DNA from: Octopus bimaculoides | Taxonomy: Eukaryota | Assembly: GCF_001194135.2 (NCBI RefSeq) | Contig: NC_068985.1 | Coordinates: forward strand, 75,432,898 to 75,473,794 | Direction of reading: 5' to 3' | DNA: 40,897 nucleotides | Shown here: positions 1-11,235 of the stretch, in pieces | Position numbering within the stretch: position 1 is the first letter of the stretch | Layout of the letters: each line of letters starts with the position of its first letter | The notes under the pieces: model-generated | What the model was told of the DNA's origin: nothing | What the model saw: only the letters and a program-made list of their open reading frames with translations | The model's database searches: none | Position numbers and translations under genes: made by a program

Positions 1-1358
1 AGAGAGAGAGAGAGAATATTTATCTGGGTGAACATTTACTTCCTCTGCTAAGGAAATTATTTCCTAGGATTCCAATGTCTTTTTATCATACTTTATTTAC
101 GAATTTCTTATTATATCCCCTATGAATATAATGTATGCAAATGATCATTTATAAGAATTAATTCATTAAACGACGGAGTTCAATAAATGTCATCATGTAA
201 AATGAAATTAAGTAGATTTTGTTGTTAATGATGGATTATTCATTTATTCAATAAGACCATGATATCATCAAAGAAATAATGCATATCATTATCATATACT
301 CTCTTTTTGTACTCATCAGTGGATTATAATTAAAGTAATCAGACGTTTATAATTATTACCTCGAGTCTTTTCTTTGTTATCATTATATTAATATTTATTT
401 CCTTACACTTACAAAATGCAGTTCAAGACTAAAACTTAAATCGTAACTTTCATATTTCTAATTTGTCTGTTTACTCTTTCTTCCTCTCTACCATATCCAA
501 ATAAATATCTCCCTCATTTATCCTTAACTTACTGGTCAAAAATGGCATGCGTATGAACATATGGAAACAGCACATAAGGAGCTACAAATTATTCCAAAGT
601 CACATTTAAATTTCCTGTCATCTATCATAACACATGTACATTTTTAACACATTTGTTTACTTAGAAACAACAAAATAAGGTCTATCTTTAGTTTTCTCAG
701 TATTTTACGTGCGATAAATGATTCACAATACTATTATTAAATTATAATAATTATCTTAAAATTTGTAGCATGGTATATTTATTTTAAAATATGAACAATA
801 TAGTTACAATACTTATGTAAATGTATATTAATATACCTTTATTGATTATAAGCGTATTTTTACACAAGAGCATATTACTTTTGTAATTGACACAAAACAA
901 ACTTGCGTATTTAGGTTTTCGTCATTCTACATACTTGAATAAAATAAAATTAAATTAAATTAAGTATCTCACCGATATATTTTAGTGATATTTATACGCC
1001 AGGATTATTCTTATGTATTTTTACAAAACAAATGATGTAAGATAATATAATCCGTTATATTCCATTCTCATATTCAATATAGGGGAGATAACATTTAGTA
1101 CCGATATTCTAATATGCAATACAACATAAGTAATAAATGTATAACATCAACATAATGTAAATTAATATACTATATATCCCAAAAATCATAATAAAAGTAG
1201 AGCGGATTACTTTATTCAATATGTTTCTCAATTAAAATTATTTTGATCCTATAATGTTAGCTATTTCTTCATACTACCATTTTACTTCTAAATAAATATA
1301 ATTAGATATATTTAATAACCTCTAAAAATTAGAATTCCATACTTATAATGTAGTCAAA

Positions 1359-1360
<2 letters not shown>

Positions 1361-1392
<32 letters not shown>
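1361..1392. repeat. (TG)n microsatellite
   Basis: Direct reading of the sequence. Confidence 0.98.
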
Positions 1393-1395
<3 letters not shown>

Positions 1396-1606
1396 ATATT
1401 ATATTTTCTATAAGAAAATGCAATTTTTTTTACTTATTCATCCCTATATTCATACCTAGATTCATACTTTTCTTGTACACAAAAATTTTTATTTATGCAA
1501 ATATAAAAAATTACAAATATATAAAAAAAATATACATATACAGCAATATGTTCACATCCACACACACATATATACACCCAGATCCATATCTGCTCATATG
1601 TGTACC

Positions 1607-1984
1607 TGGTTGTTGGTTGGCACTCCGTCGGTTACGACGACGAGGGTTCCAGTTGATCCGATCAACGGAACAGCCTGCTCGTGAAATTAACGTGCAAGTG
1701 GCTGAGCACTCCACAGACACGTGTACCCTTAACGTAGTTCTCGGGGAGATTCAGCGTGACACAGAGTGTCACAAGGCTGGTCCTTTGAAATACAGGTACA
1801 ACAGAAACAGTAAGAGAGTGTGAGAGAAAGAGTACAGCAGGGTTCGCCACCATCCCCTGCTGGAACCTCGTGGAACTTTAGGTGTTTTCGCTCAATAAAC
1901 ACTCACAAAGCCTGGTCTGGAAATCGAAACCGCGATCCTGCGACCGCGTATCCGCTGCCCTAACCACTGGGCCATTGCGCCTCC
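1607..1984 (-). mobile_element. tRNA-derived SINE (family C), near full length
   Basis: Minus strand begins GGAGGCGCAATGGCCCAGTGGTTAGGGCAGCGG (A box) ... GGTTTCGATTTCC (B box). GC-rich 380-bp island ending in a CCAACCAACAACC-type tail. Confidence 0.85.
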
Positions 1985-2044
1985 ACGCATCTAGTTGTAT
2001 ACATATTACATATAGGCATTTCATACATAAACATATACATATAC

Positions 2045-3390
2045 TTTTGTTACCATATTTTCTTGATAATCCCGTATTCATTTTATTTTCGCTCCTAAAC
2101 TTCGATTCATGATTCGCTATTCTGAATTTAACCCAGTTCTCTGTCGACCCAATATAGAAAAATTTACTCATCTTGTGTAGTTATTGTCGCCTGGTATACG
2201 ACGCTTTTTTTTTCTGTAATCCTTGTCTAACTTACATTTATCAGGGTCGTGACAATTAGTTTTTATTTTGCAAGGAATTTGTAATATTATTTATTCTCTT
2301 TTGTAGATTCATATTTCCTTATGTCTGTCGATGTGTTTTTATAGTAAACCATATTATTCTTACTCTTTTCTTCTAGTCTTTTTATAAGTTTTACTATCCA
2401 TTTCTGTTTATTTTTTATTTTCATAGACATTATCCAGTTTTCTGTTATTTATCGATGATATTAAGCTAAGTAGGTTTGGAGAAACAGAGAATCCAAATCT
2501 TATGTATTTGCTGTTAAATAATTTTCCATATCTAGTGTTTTTAAAGTTTTTATTTATAATCTGTCTAATACATTTAACAAAATTGGTCTTTAATTGTTTA
2601 GCGAAGGGAATTATGATCCATATAGATTTGTCTGAGTCTTCCTTATTCCTATATTCGTTTTTTGTCCCAATATAGTTTTTATTCACACATGGTATGAGTT
2701 TCTTCCTAACTATTTTTTTAATTATTACTTGTACTCTCCTCATTTATATTTTACTTTTTGCTTATCTTATTTTTGCTATTCTTGTTCTTTATTACAAGGT
2801 TTTAATAATTATTGTTTATCCAAGTGTTATTTTCCCGTTTCCTATCACCTATATCATTATTGTTATTATTTTTCCTATTTTTATTTGTAATATCATTCGC
2901 TCCATCAATTTGTTTAATTTTATTTTTACAATTATCTTATTTAACATATTATTATTATTATTTGTAATATCATTCGCTCCATCAATTTGTTTAATTCTAC
3001 TTTTACAATTATCTTGTTTAACATATCTATTATTATTATCCTCCTCCTCATTATTATTATTATTATTCCGAATTTTCATTCCTACATTATATGGAGTTTC
3101 TATGTCTTTTCTAATACTTATATCAAAATTTCTACCATTGTTATTTTTATTCATATTTTCATTTGTTATCATGTTGAATTTCTTATTGTACTTCATCTCA
3201 TAATTGTATCCAACCTTCTTTAGTGCTATATTATAATTACCATTGTGATCTTTGAAAACTTCTTCATTTGAAGAAAGATAATTAATTCTTCTCTCAATAT
3301 TCTTACTAAGATTCTCAGTAATATTATATGGGTGATTACTATTACCATTTAAATAGCTAATCTTAGAGTTTGCGTGTGTTCTGATGTGTT
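2045..3390 (-). mobile_element. Penelope-like element 3' fragment, Neptune-like (RT thumb, linker, GIY-YIG), degenerate
   Basis: Manual minus-strand translation gives YLNGNSNHPYNITENLSKNIERRINYLSSNEEVF...YNIALKKVGY (3197-3370), IWIIIPFAKQLKTNFVKCIRQIINKNF...KLFNSKYIRFGFSVSPNL (cf. IIWFNPP..VKTN..KIFN..VKVSYSCMPN), and SVVYQATITT then FYIGSTENWVKFRIANHESKF (GIY-YIG). Clade assignment is from motif recognition. Confidence 0.85.
2883..3035. repeat. Two-copy 77-bp tandem duplication
   Basis: ATTTGTAATATCATTCGCTCCATCAATTTGTTTAATT... starts at 2883 and 2960. Confidence 0.9.
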
Positions 3391-3719
3391 ACAATTATGC
3401 TACATTGTAACTGGTATATAATGATATCGTTTTAAACAATTTTCTTAATTATCTTACATAAAAAATCATTCACTTATTTCCTTTTATCATTTTTCAATAT
3501 ATCGGAATTTCTGTGAGATATTTTTAAAATCTTTTTCTCTGTTAACTACCATGTGAGTGATAATAATGCGCCTGAAAGCGAACAAAAGAAAGTTACGTAG
3601 GAAGTTTTCTTTTTACAATTCAAGGTTATTAGTTCGAAAACTATATATTAGCTAATTATATTGAAAATATACACTGTACTCCAGAGACGTTAATGAAGAT
3701 AAAGGAAGAATAAACTCCA

Positions 3720-6590
3720 CTCAAATCAGTCATACGTCCCTAGAGTCTTGCCCATATATGACACTGTAGAAACTATATATATGAAAAGAGGAATTGAGCA
3801 AAAAAACGCAAATAGATTACATAATTCAAGAATGTATTCCTCGATCCACAATTTCAATTAAAAGTAAAGTTGGCCACTTTTCGAAGAACACTTTATTTAT
3901 GCACATATACTCATTGAGATAAGATCCAAAACAGTAATAAGGATGACAGATATGACAGATGAATTAATAAAACACCGATTATATTTTCCAAGAAATTTAC
4001 AAATAAAACAAACAAAATATGAACGAGAGCAGCAAAAATAACTTCGAGAAAGAATATCTTTAGAAAAATTCAGAATGGATTAGAACTACTAAAAGCATTC
4101 AGAACTGAAGAGAAATATAAGACAATACTTGAGGAAATGTTTATTGAATTCTCCAAGAAAGCAGAAGGAACACTTTCTTTAAAATATCTGTAAACCATTG
4201 AAGGAAGAATGTGAAAGCGAGGAAATTATTTCACTCCATTGATTGGAGAGAAGTGATAATTGGTTTCGCAGCTACGAAGAAGAATTTCGAAGCGAGTATT
4301 CTTTGGAGAATTCATTCATGAAGAAAACTAAAATGTTTTATGCCGAAGTTCTAAAACAAACACAAAATAAGACAAATGTTAGAAATTTACGACAAGATGG
4401 TGTTAGAATTTTCTAAAGTAATAAAAATGTTTTTAAGTTTTAGAAATCGACCCCGGCACAGATTTACAACTAATTCAAGAAATAAAAGAAATTATTATCA
4501 AGAAGACAAGAAACGGAATCAAGGAATAATCAGTTTTGCAACGAGGGAAGAAGGATTAGAAGAGAAACATGTTTAGAACTAAATGCACGAGAATGAATTT
4601 CGAAAATAATTACAGGAGAAACAACTTTAGAAACTATTACGATGATCACAATGATGAGTATAGAAATGGGACAAATCAAAAGTGCTACATCTTTTAGAAC
4701 CAACTGAAAGGCAGGAAGATCAGGCGGAACAATTAAAACATGAGCAACCAAAATTAATAAATTTACTGAAAAACCATTAACAGACCAAATGAACACACGT
4801 ACAAAGGGACTTAAATTATTACCAACAACATGAAACTCAAACCACAATAAAATCAAAGATGATATTTCAGACTTTTCCCGAAAATTAAACCTACAATATT
4901 ATTCGATAAAAAGAGCGATGGTGAATCTATATCAGGAATGAAAATACATATTATCCGCAGAAAGACTGGAATAAAGAATTTTATAACTTTTATCTTATTC
5001 TGTCAACATATTTAATCTACGACTTTCTACAAAATAAATAGGTTACATTCTAACATCGGTGAGACAGAATGGGCAAAATGCATTGAAAACCGATTTAATA
5101 TATAGGAATCCGATATGGAAAATACTGTAATTGTAATGGATATAAACTATGATAAAATCTTTGCGTTATCCATTTTTTAAGACACCAGTTTTTATGAATA
5201 TATCAGCAATAAGCAGCAGAAAATAAAACGAATATTTCATGTTCTTGTCAATTTAAAATGTAAAAGCTTAACAAATAGAAATGCGACTATATAATCAATT
5301 TTAAACACAGAAAAGAATATAGATTACCAAAAGTTCACAAAAGTAAGAATCGCCATCTATTTGTCTAAATGTTCTTCGCCGAAATGATTTCAAATGAAGA
5401 ACAGTAGCAGGTTCATCTTAGAAAAATTCTTCAATTGAGTAATTTTTATACATATAAATGAAATATTTTCTGCATATGCAGACCTATATAAAAGGCAACT
5501 TTTATAGATTAAGCCACCTTCCATGTTTAGTGAATGAAGAAATGTTTATAACTTTGTTTGATGTGTTTAACATATATTCAAATATACTGCGCATGAATCT
5601 AGAATAGAAGCAACACACTTTTGGTTTCATGAATATCCTCATGAATTATCAGACTGCAAAAAATAAGGAAATTTATTATTGAAAGACTTCAAGTTTTTCA
5701 ATAAAACGTTTTAATTTCGACAAACCAGTATGCAGTCAGATATTTTGGACAGTAGGAATCAAATAAAGTCCTAACATGTGTAAATTTAGTAATGAGTTAA
5801 CTAAAGATAAAATGTAAGACAAATCTAAGTAAAAATAGGAGATCCAATTTACAATTAATGGATAAGATATTAGATGATTGTTTTCCATCAGGGAAAGAAG
5901 ATTTGGATGAACTCAAACAAAGTAGTAATAGCAACCAGTTTACTGTGATGTACAGCAAGTATAAATTATTCTTTTTAGATATAATCTTACCTTGCACTTC
6001 AACATACCACTCTATAAATATTGAGGATTTTAAATATAATTCATCAAGTCACCAATTTTAGAATGCGATGCAGAATTGAGAATGATTTTAGGAAACCAAA
6101 ACAAAAAACGGAAAAAATAAAGAATCCAAATTGAGACAGAAACTATTAGCAAATTCCCGAATTATTTTTATTATTGTATCAAACCCGATAGTCAAAATAT
6201 GACGAACAACAAATTTAAGCACTTACACAAATAATTAATATAATTGATAAAGCAAATCTCGGAGCTCATTTGAAATCTTAATTTATGTCGTAACATTCTG
6301 TTGCTGTGATGAAATGAACATTGACCAAGTAAGCATGTCACTTAGAGTGCGAATGATTGTTCGTTAACATCAAGTATGTGATCAGAACAGTAGGAAAACT
6401 CCACTTAGCAAATATTCAGATCAATGTACGCCACTCGGCAGTTGAATTTTGAACTTTTACCATTATGCCAGTTTGCAAAAAATATAACTCAACAACGATA
6501 TATAGAATATCTGTGTTTATTCAGGCAATTATATCACAAACATCAAGTGTGTATTTATAACAAAGCTTAACTATCTCTAAGGACAATTTT
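3720..6590 (+). mobile_element. Penelope-like element, Naiad-like, near full-length ORF remnant with many stops/frameshifts
   Basis: Motifs in PLE order: KGLKLLPTT..KDDISDFSRKL (~4800), ESDMENTVIVMD and DTSFYE (~5110-5200), RLPKVHKSK (~5325), TVAGSS (~5400), LFDVFNIYSNI..IEATHFWF (~5550), KILDDCF RT active-site motif (~5865), FLDI, then LIYVVTFCCCDEMNIDQ GIY-YIG remnant (~6280) and FITKLN. Confidence 0.8.
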
Positions 6591-7374
6591 GTATTACCTA
6601 GTGTACTTATAACAGATTTAATCTAGGCCTACCAATTGCTTCTGCTTGCTGTAGCACTAACACGGATTTACACTAAAGACGGACAGGCTTCAATAATCAA
6701 TTATAAAATATCTTCATTTTCAATATCAGTATTAACATAAGAAAAAATATATTTATCCCACACCCCTTCATGGATTATTTAATGTACCTAAAGGTGGTGG
6801 GAAAACGGGTAACGGATTAAGTTTACCACCGACGTAGACCACAGAGTAATTTAAAATCAGAAAGAAACGAGCTGGAAAAATGCCATAGGGCATCCAATTC
6901 ACCTTCTTGCTGTTCCAGAAATTTAGCTTTATGGATTAGTATAATTTTATCGATCTTCAAATGATGATAGGCAAAGTTGATGCCGGCAACATTTGAACTT
7001 AGATTGCCGAACTCCAGAAGAAATAATGCAAAATATACTATACGACGCTCTAATGGCTCTGCAACTTCACCCTGTCGATGCAGTTTTGTCGGTTTGTATT
7101 TCTTGTAATACTGTTATATCGCCAAGACAAAACACACACACACACACACACACATACATTATCATAAATGCAAAAGAAGCAACAAATAACAAACCTCTCA
7201 GCAAATACAGAGGAAAGACCACACCCACACTTAGGGTATATGAATACACAAGATCGTAGCGATGTATAACTGAAGTAGCGAGATAAATGCTCAATTTTTA
7301 TAACTCATTTACATATTTTAAGTAGTCTCTTCTTCATTCCCTCGACACACATCATTTCAGTTTGTAAATATATT

Positions 7375-7532
7375 CGGCATTTCGTTCGTCCTTAATTTCT
7401 GAGTTCAAATTCCGCCAAAGTTGACTTTGTCTTTCTTCTTTTTGGGGTCGATAAAATAAGTACCAACTGATGTAACTTACTTAAGCCCCTCCCCCTAAAT
7501 TACTGGTCTTGTGCCAAAATTTGAAACGAATA
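7375..7532 (+). mobile_element. tRNA-derived SINE family A, 3' part starting at CGGCATTTCG
   Basis: CTGAGTTCAAATTCCGCC..GACTTTG..GGGGTCGATAAAATAAGTACC..GTGCCAAAATTTGAAAC matches the other copies. Confidence 0.85.
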
Positions 7533-7544
7533 TGTAGATAAATA

Positions 7545-7763
7545 AAGGCGGTGATGTAGCAGAATCGTTAGCACGCCAAGTAAATTGCTTAGCGACATTT
7601 CGTCCTCTTTACGTTCTCAGTTCAAATTCCATCAAGATCGAGTTTATCTTTCATCCTTTCGGGGTCGATGAATTAAGTACCAGTTGTGCACTCGGATCGG
7701 TAGAATGGACTTGTCGCACCCCTCAAATTTCAGGCCTCGTGCCGAAATTTAGAACTGATATTA
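7545..7763 (+). mobile_element. SINE family A, full length
   Basis: AAGGCGGTGA..GCAGAATCGTTAGCACGCC head, GTTCAAATTCC B box, same tail. Confidence 0.9.
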
Positions 7764-7775
7764 TACAGAGAACTC

Positions 7776-8031
7776 AAGACGGTGACTAGCAGAATCGTTC
7801 GCACGCTAAGAAAAATTCTGAATGGTATTTCATCGTTCCTTATAGCGCTGGGAGCAAATTGGCATTTGGTCCGTCTTTACATTCTAAGTTCAAATTCCGT
7901 TGAGGTCAACTTTGCCTTCTTTCATCGTTAATGGAGTCGATGAAATAAGTACCAGTTGAACACTAAGGTCGATATAATAAACTTAAAATCTCCCCAGCGA
8001 AATTGCTGCTCTTTGCCAGAATTTGAAAGCA

Positions 8032-8033
<2 letters not shown>
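7776..8033 (+). mobile_element. SINE family A with a 30-bp internal insertion
   Basis: Same head and body; extra 7831-7860 lies between GGTATTT and GGCATTT. Confidence 0.85.
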
Positions 8034-8063
<30 letters not shown>

Positions 8064-8093
8064 ATGTATGTATGTATGTATGTGTGTGTTTGT
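8032..8093. repeat. Compound (AT)n(TG)n(TATG)n microsatellite
   Basis: Direct reading of the sequence. Confidence 0.95.
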
Positions 8094-8104
8094 GCATTAA
8101 AAAT

Positions 8105-8700
8105 GAGGGTACTAGCAAGCAGTACCGGCATACTAACATAGCAGTCAAAATGACCAAACCACAAGTTATCACTTAAGCACCAAGATGAAAGCCGGCTAAT
8201 GAATAAAAACCCTCAGAACCCTGTAGCAATAACGGAAATAATAAAACATTGAAAATCAAACATACCCGTATCAATTGTGATTTCGGACTTTGAGAAATCC
8301 CTTAGTCCTCAAAACGTGTATTACTGGCACACAAGGTTGTAGAGTTTATTCATCTCAACCAATGTATGCGATGACAGTTTTTAATGTCGCAGCAAACTTA
8401 AAAAGGTGATCGAAATGAATAAAAATGATTTAAATATATATGAGGATATTATTTTCATGCGAAAAAAATTTTAACGGTATAAATGATCAATCAATAAATA
8501 AAGATATTAGCATGTAGTACCAGCATGCTGACATAGCAGTCAAAATGACCAACCCACAAGTTATCACTTAAACACAAAGAAATTTTATTAGTGGCCAGAA
8601 TATTACAATACCTTTTAAGGGGAAAATTATAAACAATTATTAATAAGGGCGAAAGAAAAAATTCCCGATGACAATATGCTCAAAAATAGAATTTATGTAG
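8105..8700 (-). repeat. Hammerhead-associated T-rich repeat family, copy 1 (70-bp direct repeats 395 bp apart)
   Basis: TAGCA..AGTACC.GCAT.CT.ACATAGCAGTCAAAATGACCAA.CCACAAGTTATCACTTAA at 8113 and 8508. Reverse complement of 8578-8700 matches 11273-11400 and 17150-17260. Confidence 0.8.
8262..8321 (-). ncRNA. Degenerate minimal type I hammerhead ribozyme
   Basis: Minus strand: ATACACG-TTTTGA-GGAC..GTCC-GAAA-TCA caat TGA-T-A-CGGGTAT. Stems I, II, III and GAAA are in place; the CUGANGA core is decayed. Confidence 0.6.
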
Positions 8701-8730
8701 TCTAACTGCATACAATATTTTTCACTACAC

Positions 8731-8773
8731 AAGGCGGTGAGCTGGGAGAATCGTTAGCACCCCGGGCGAAATG
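8731..8773 (+). mobile_element. SINE family A 5' part, interrupted by element A1; 3' part resumes at 10529-10607
   Basis: AAGGCGGTGAGCTGGGAGAATCGTTAGCACCCCGGGCGAAATG; after the insert, GGTATATCG..GAGTTCAAATTCCGCCGAGGTCGACTTTGCC. Confidence 0.9.
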
Positions 8774-10528
8774 AATTATTTGAATTATTGTGAAAACTGC
8801 TGTGTTGCTCTGTGAGAGCTGTGTGAATTACTGTAAGTTGTCTCTGTGAATAATTGTGAAGTTTTGTGGAATTATTGTTGTTACGTTTCACGCGAGCCGC
8901 TGTTTTGTTTCCCCAGCTGTGGCGAGTGGTAGGGTCTCCAGTATGGAGAGCTGCACCAGGACCACTGCGGTGAGGAGGCCAGTGCCGCTGGAAACCAAGT
9001 TGATCAAGCTGGATATGGAGAAGGTGAGAAGAAGCAGCAACTTGATAGAAGCAGATGGAGACTCATATAAATTATCCCCCCACAAAAAAAAAGAGACCAA
9101 GGAAGACAAAATTCTGAGGACAGTTGTGTATCGTACACAGGCTGTCGAAACCTGTAAAATTGAAATGGTGACGGAAGAGGAAATCGAGGAGTGCCTGGGT
9201 GAAATTGTGAATGAAGCGACGTACATCAGCAGAAGAAGAAGGTTCGGTAAGGTAGAGGTGAGGTTCGCCACCATAGAAGAGACAACCATTTTAAAACCAC
9301 AAAAAATAGCACTACTAGAGGAAGAAGAAGTGTGAGAATACATATTCCGAGAGTGCCACCAGAAATTAAACCGGAGTGGTTCGTTGCAACAGTGCTGGCT
9401 GCAACCAAGTAGGATCCGGAATTGGGACCAGTGGCGGAATCAANNNNNNNNNNNNNNNNNNNNNNNNNNNNNNNNNNNNNNNNNNNNNNNNNNNNNNNNN
9501 NNNNNNNNNNNNNNNNNNNNNNNNNNNNNNNNNNNNNNNNNNNNNNNNNNNNNNNNNNNNNNNCATAGAAAGAATTCCCTACCAGATAGAATTGGAGGAT
9601 AAGACAACGTTAAATGTCGTAGTCGAGAAAAGGAAACCAAATTGTTACATATGCGGGGATAGAGGTCATATGAAGACCAAATGTCTCCTATATGAGTTCA
9701 CATAGCTACAGCGAGAGAAAGCACAAGCAGAGTAGGAAAACATTGTAGACCATACAGAGGAAACAAAAGAGAGACAGAAGTGTGAAACAGAGAAAACAAA
9801 GGAGAAGAACGAAAATGAAGCTACTAACCCCCAAAAAGCGAAAGAAAAATAGGTTAAAGGAACGGTCGACAGAAAACAAAAAAAAAAAAGAGATAGAAAA
9901 GCCAGAAACTGATAATGCACAAGAAGAGGAGGAGAGAACGGATAAAGATGTCAAATACAAGAGAGTTTTGATGAAGTACGAGAAGAGTGAGCAGATGGAG
10001 AGAAAAGTCGCGAAGCTGGAGGAAATAATAAAAGTGAAGATACCGATACCGGAGAAATGTGCTGGGGAATGCATTTTGATGCACGAGGAAAACTACTGGG
10101 AGTATATAAAGGAACTTGGTGAAAATATAATAACGAAATGGGTATGGTTGGTGAAGACACCAACCCCTAGAACTGATTATTTGCAGTTGATAAGGAGGGA
10201 AGTAACATTGGTTAATGGGAGAAAAGTAACGCGAGTGTTTCATTTTTTTGAGTTGCAAAACCGTTAAAATGTCTACGTGATGTTGAACATGAAAGTGAAA
10301 AACTGGATAAATGTAACCACTCGACTTCGGGGGTCGAGTGGACATTGCGCCTCAGTTTTTTTATTTTTGCATATTATCATTTTATTTTAATTTTTCTTCT
10401 ACTATTATCATTCGCTTTTGTAATTTTTAGTTCCCCGATTTTTTGTTTGTTGCGTTTTTTACCGTCTTTATGTTTTGTGATGTCTTAAAAATTCTTCATA
10501 TAGCCCTTTTGGGGGTAATAAAGAAATA
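8774..10528 (+). mobile_element. Element A1: RT-less retroposon with gag-like ORF1 (CCHC knuckle), Tx1/L1-derived, HAL1-like
   Basis: TGTGAA-rich 5' UTR; broken ORF from ~8944 to stop 10267; knuckle CYICGDRGHMKTKC at 9643-9684; K/E-rich linker; T-rich 3' UTR; ends GCCCTTTTGGGGGTAATAAAGAAATA. No EN/RT motifs. Contains a 120-N gap. Confidence 0.85.
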
Positions 10529-11235
10529 GGTATATCGTGTACTGTTCCGTTCAGAGTTCAAATTCCGCCGAGGTCGACTTTGCCTTTTATCCTCTCGTGG
10601 TCGATAANNNNNNNNNNNNNNNNNNNNNNNNNNNNNNNNNNNNNNNNNNNNNNNNNNNNNNNNNNNNNNNNNNNNNNNNNNNNNNNNNNNNNNNNNNNNN
10701 NNNNNNNNNNNNNNNNNNNNNNNNNNNNNNNNNNNNNNNNNNNNNNNNNNNNNNNNNNNNNNNNNNNNNNNNNNNNNNNNNNNNNNNNNNNNNNNNNNNN
10801 NNNNNNNNNNNNNNNNNNNNNNNNNNNNNNNNNNNNNNNNNNNNNNNNNNNNNNNNNNNNNNNNNNNNNNNNNNNNNNNNNNNNNNNNNNNNNNNNNNNN
10901 NNNNNNNNNNNNNNNNNNNNNNNNNNNNNNNNNNNNNNNNNNNNNNNNNNNNNNNNNNNNNNNNNNNNNNNNNNNNNNNNNNNNNNNNNNNNNNNNNNNN
11001 NNNNNNNNNNNNNNNNNNNNNNNNNNNNNNNNNNNNNNNNNNNNNNNNNNNNNNNNNNNNNNNNNNNNNNNNNNNNNNNNNNNNNNNNNNNNNNNNNNNN
11101 NNNNNNNNNNNNNNNNNNNNNNNNNNNNNNNNNNNNNNNNNNNNNNNNNNNNNNNNNNNNNNNNNNNNNNNNNNNNNNNNNNNNNNNNNNNNNNNNNNNN
11201 NNNNNNNNNNNNNNNNNNNNNNNNNNNNNNNNNNN

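Noticed and set aside
2694-3203. 169-aa hydrophobic plus-strand ORF resembling a membrane protein
   Set aside because: It is the antisense reading of the A-rich PLE linker
3575-3660. Possible decayed hammerhead (CTGAAA-GCGAAC..GTTCG-AAAA) upstream of the Naiad-like ORF
   Set aside because: Core, stem III closure and stem I all imperfect, with a very long loop; chance cannot be excluded
9444-9563. 120-N gap in A1 where A2 has only 58 bp
   Set aside because: Most likely gap-size estimation error; cannot claim an insertion
8774-10528. Interpretation of A1/A2 as LTR retrotransposon gag or a host zinc-knuckle gene
   Set aside because: No LTRs, PBS or introns; 3' tail, TSD and kinship to element D indicate non-LTR origin
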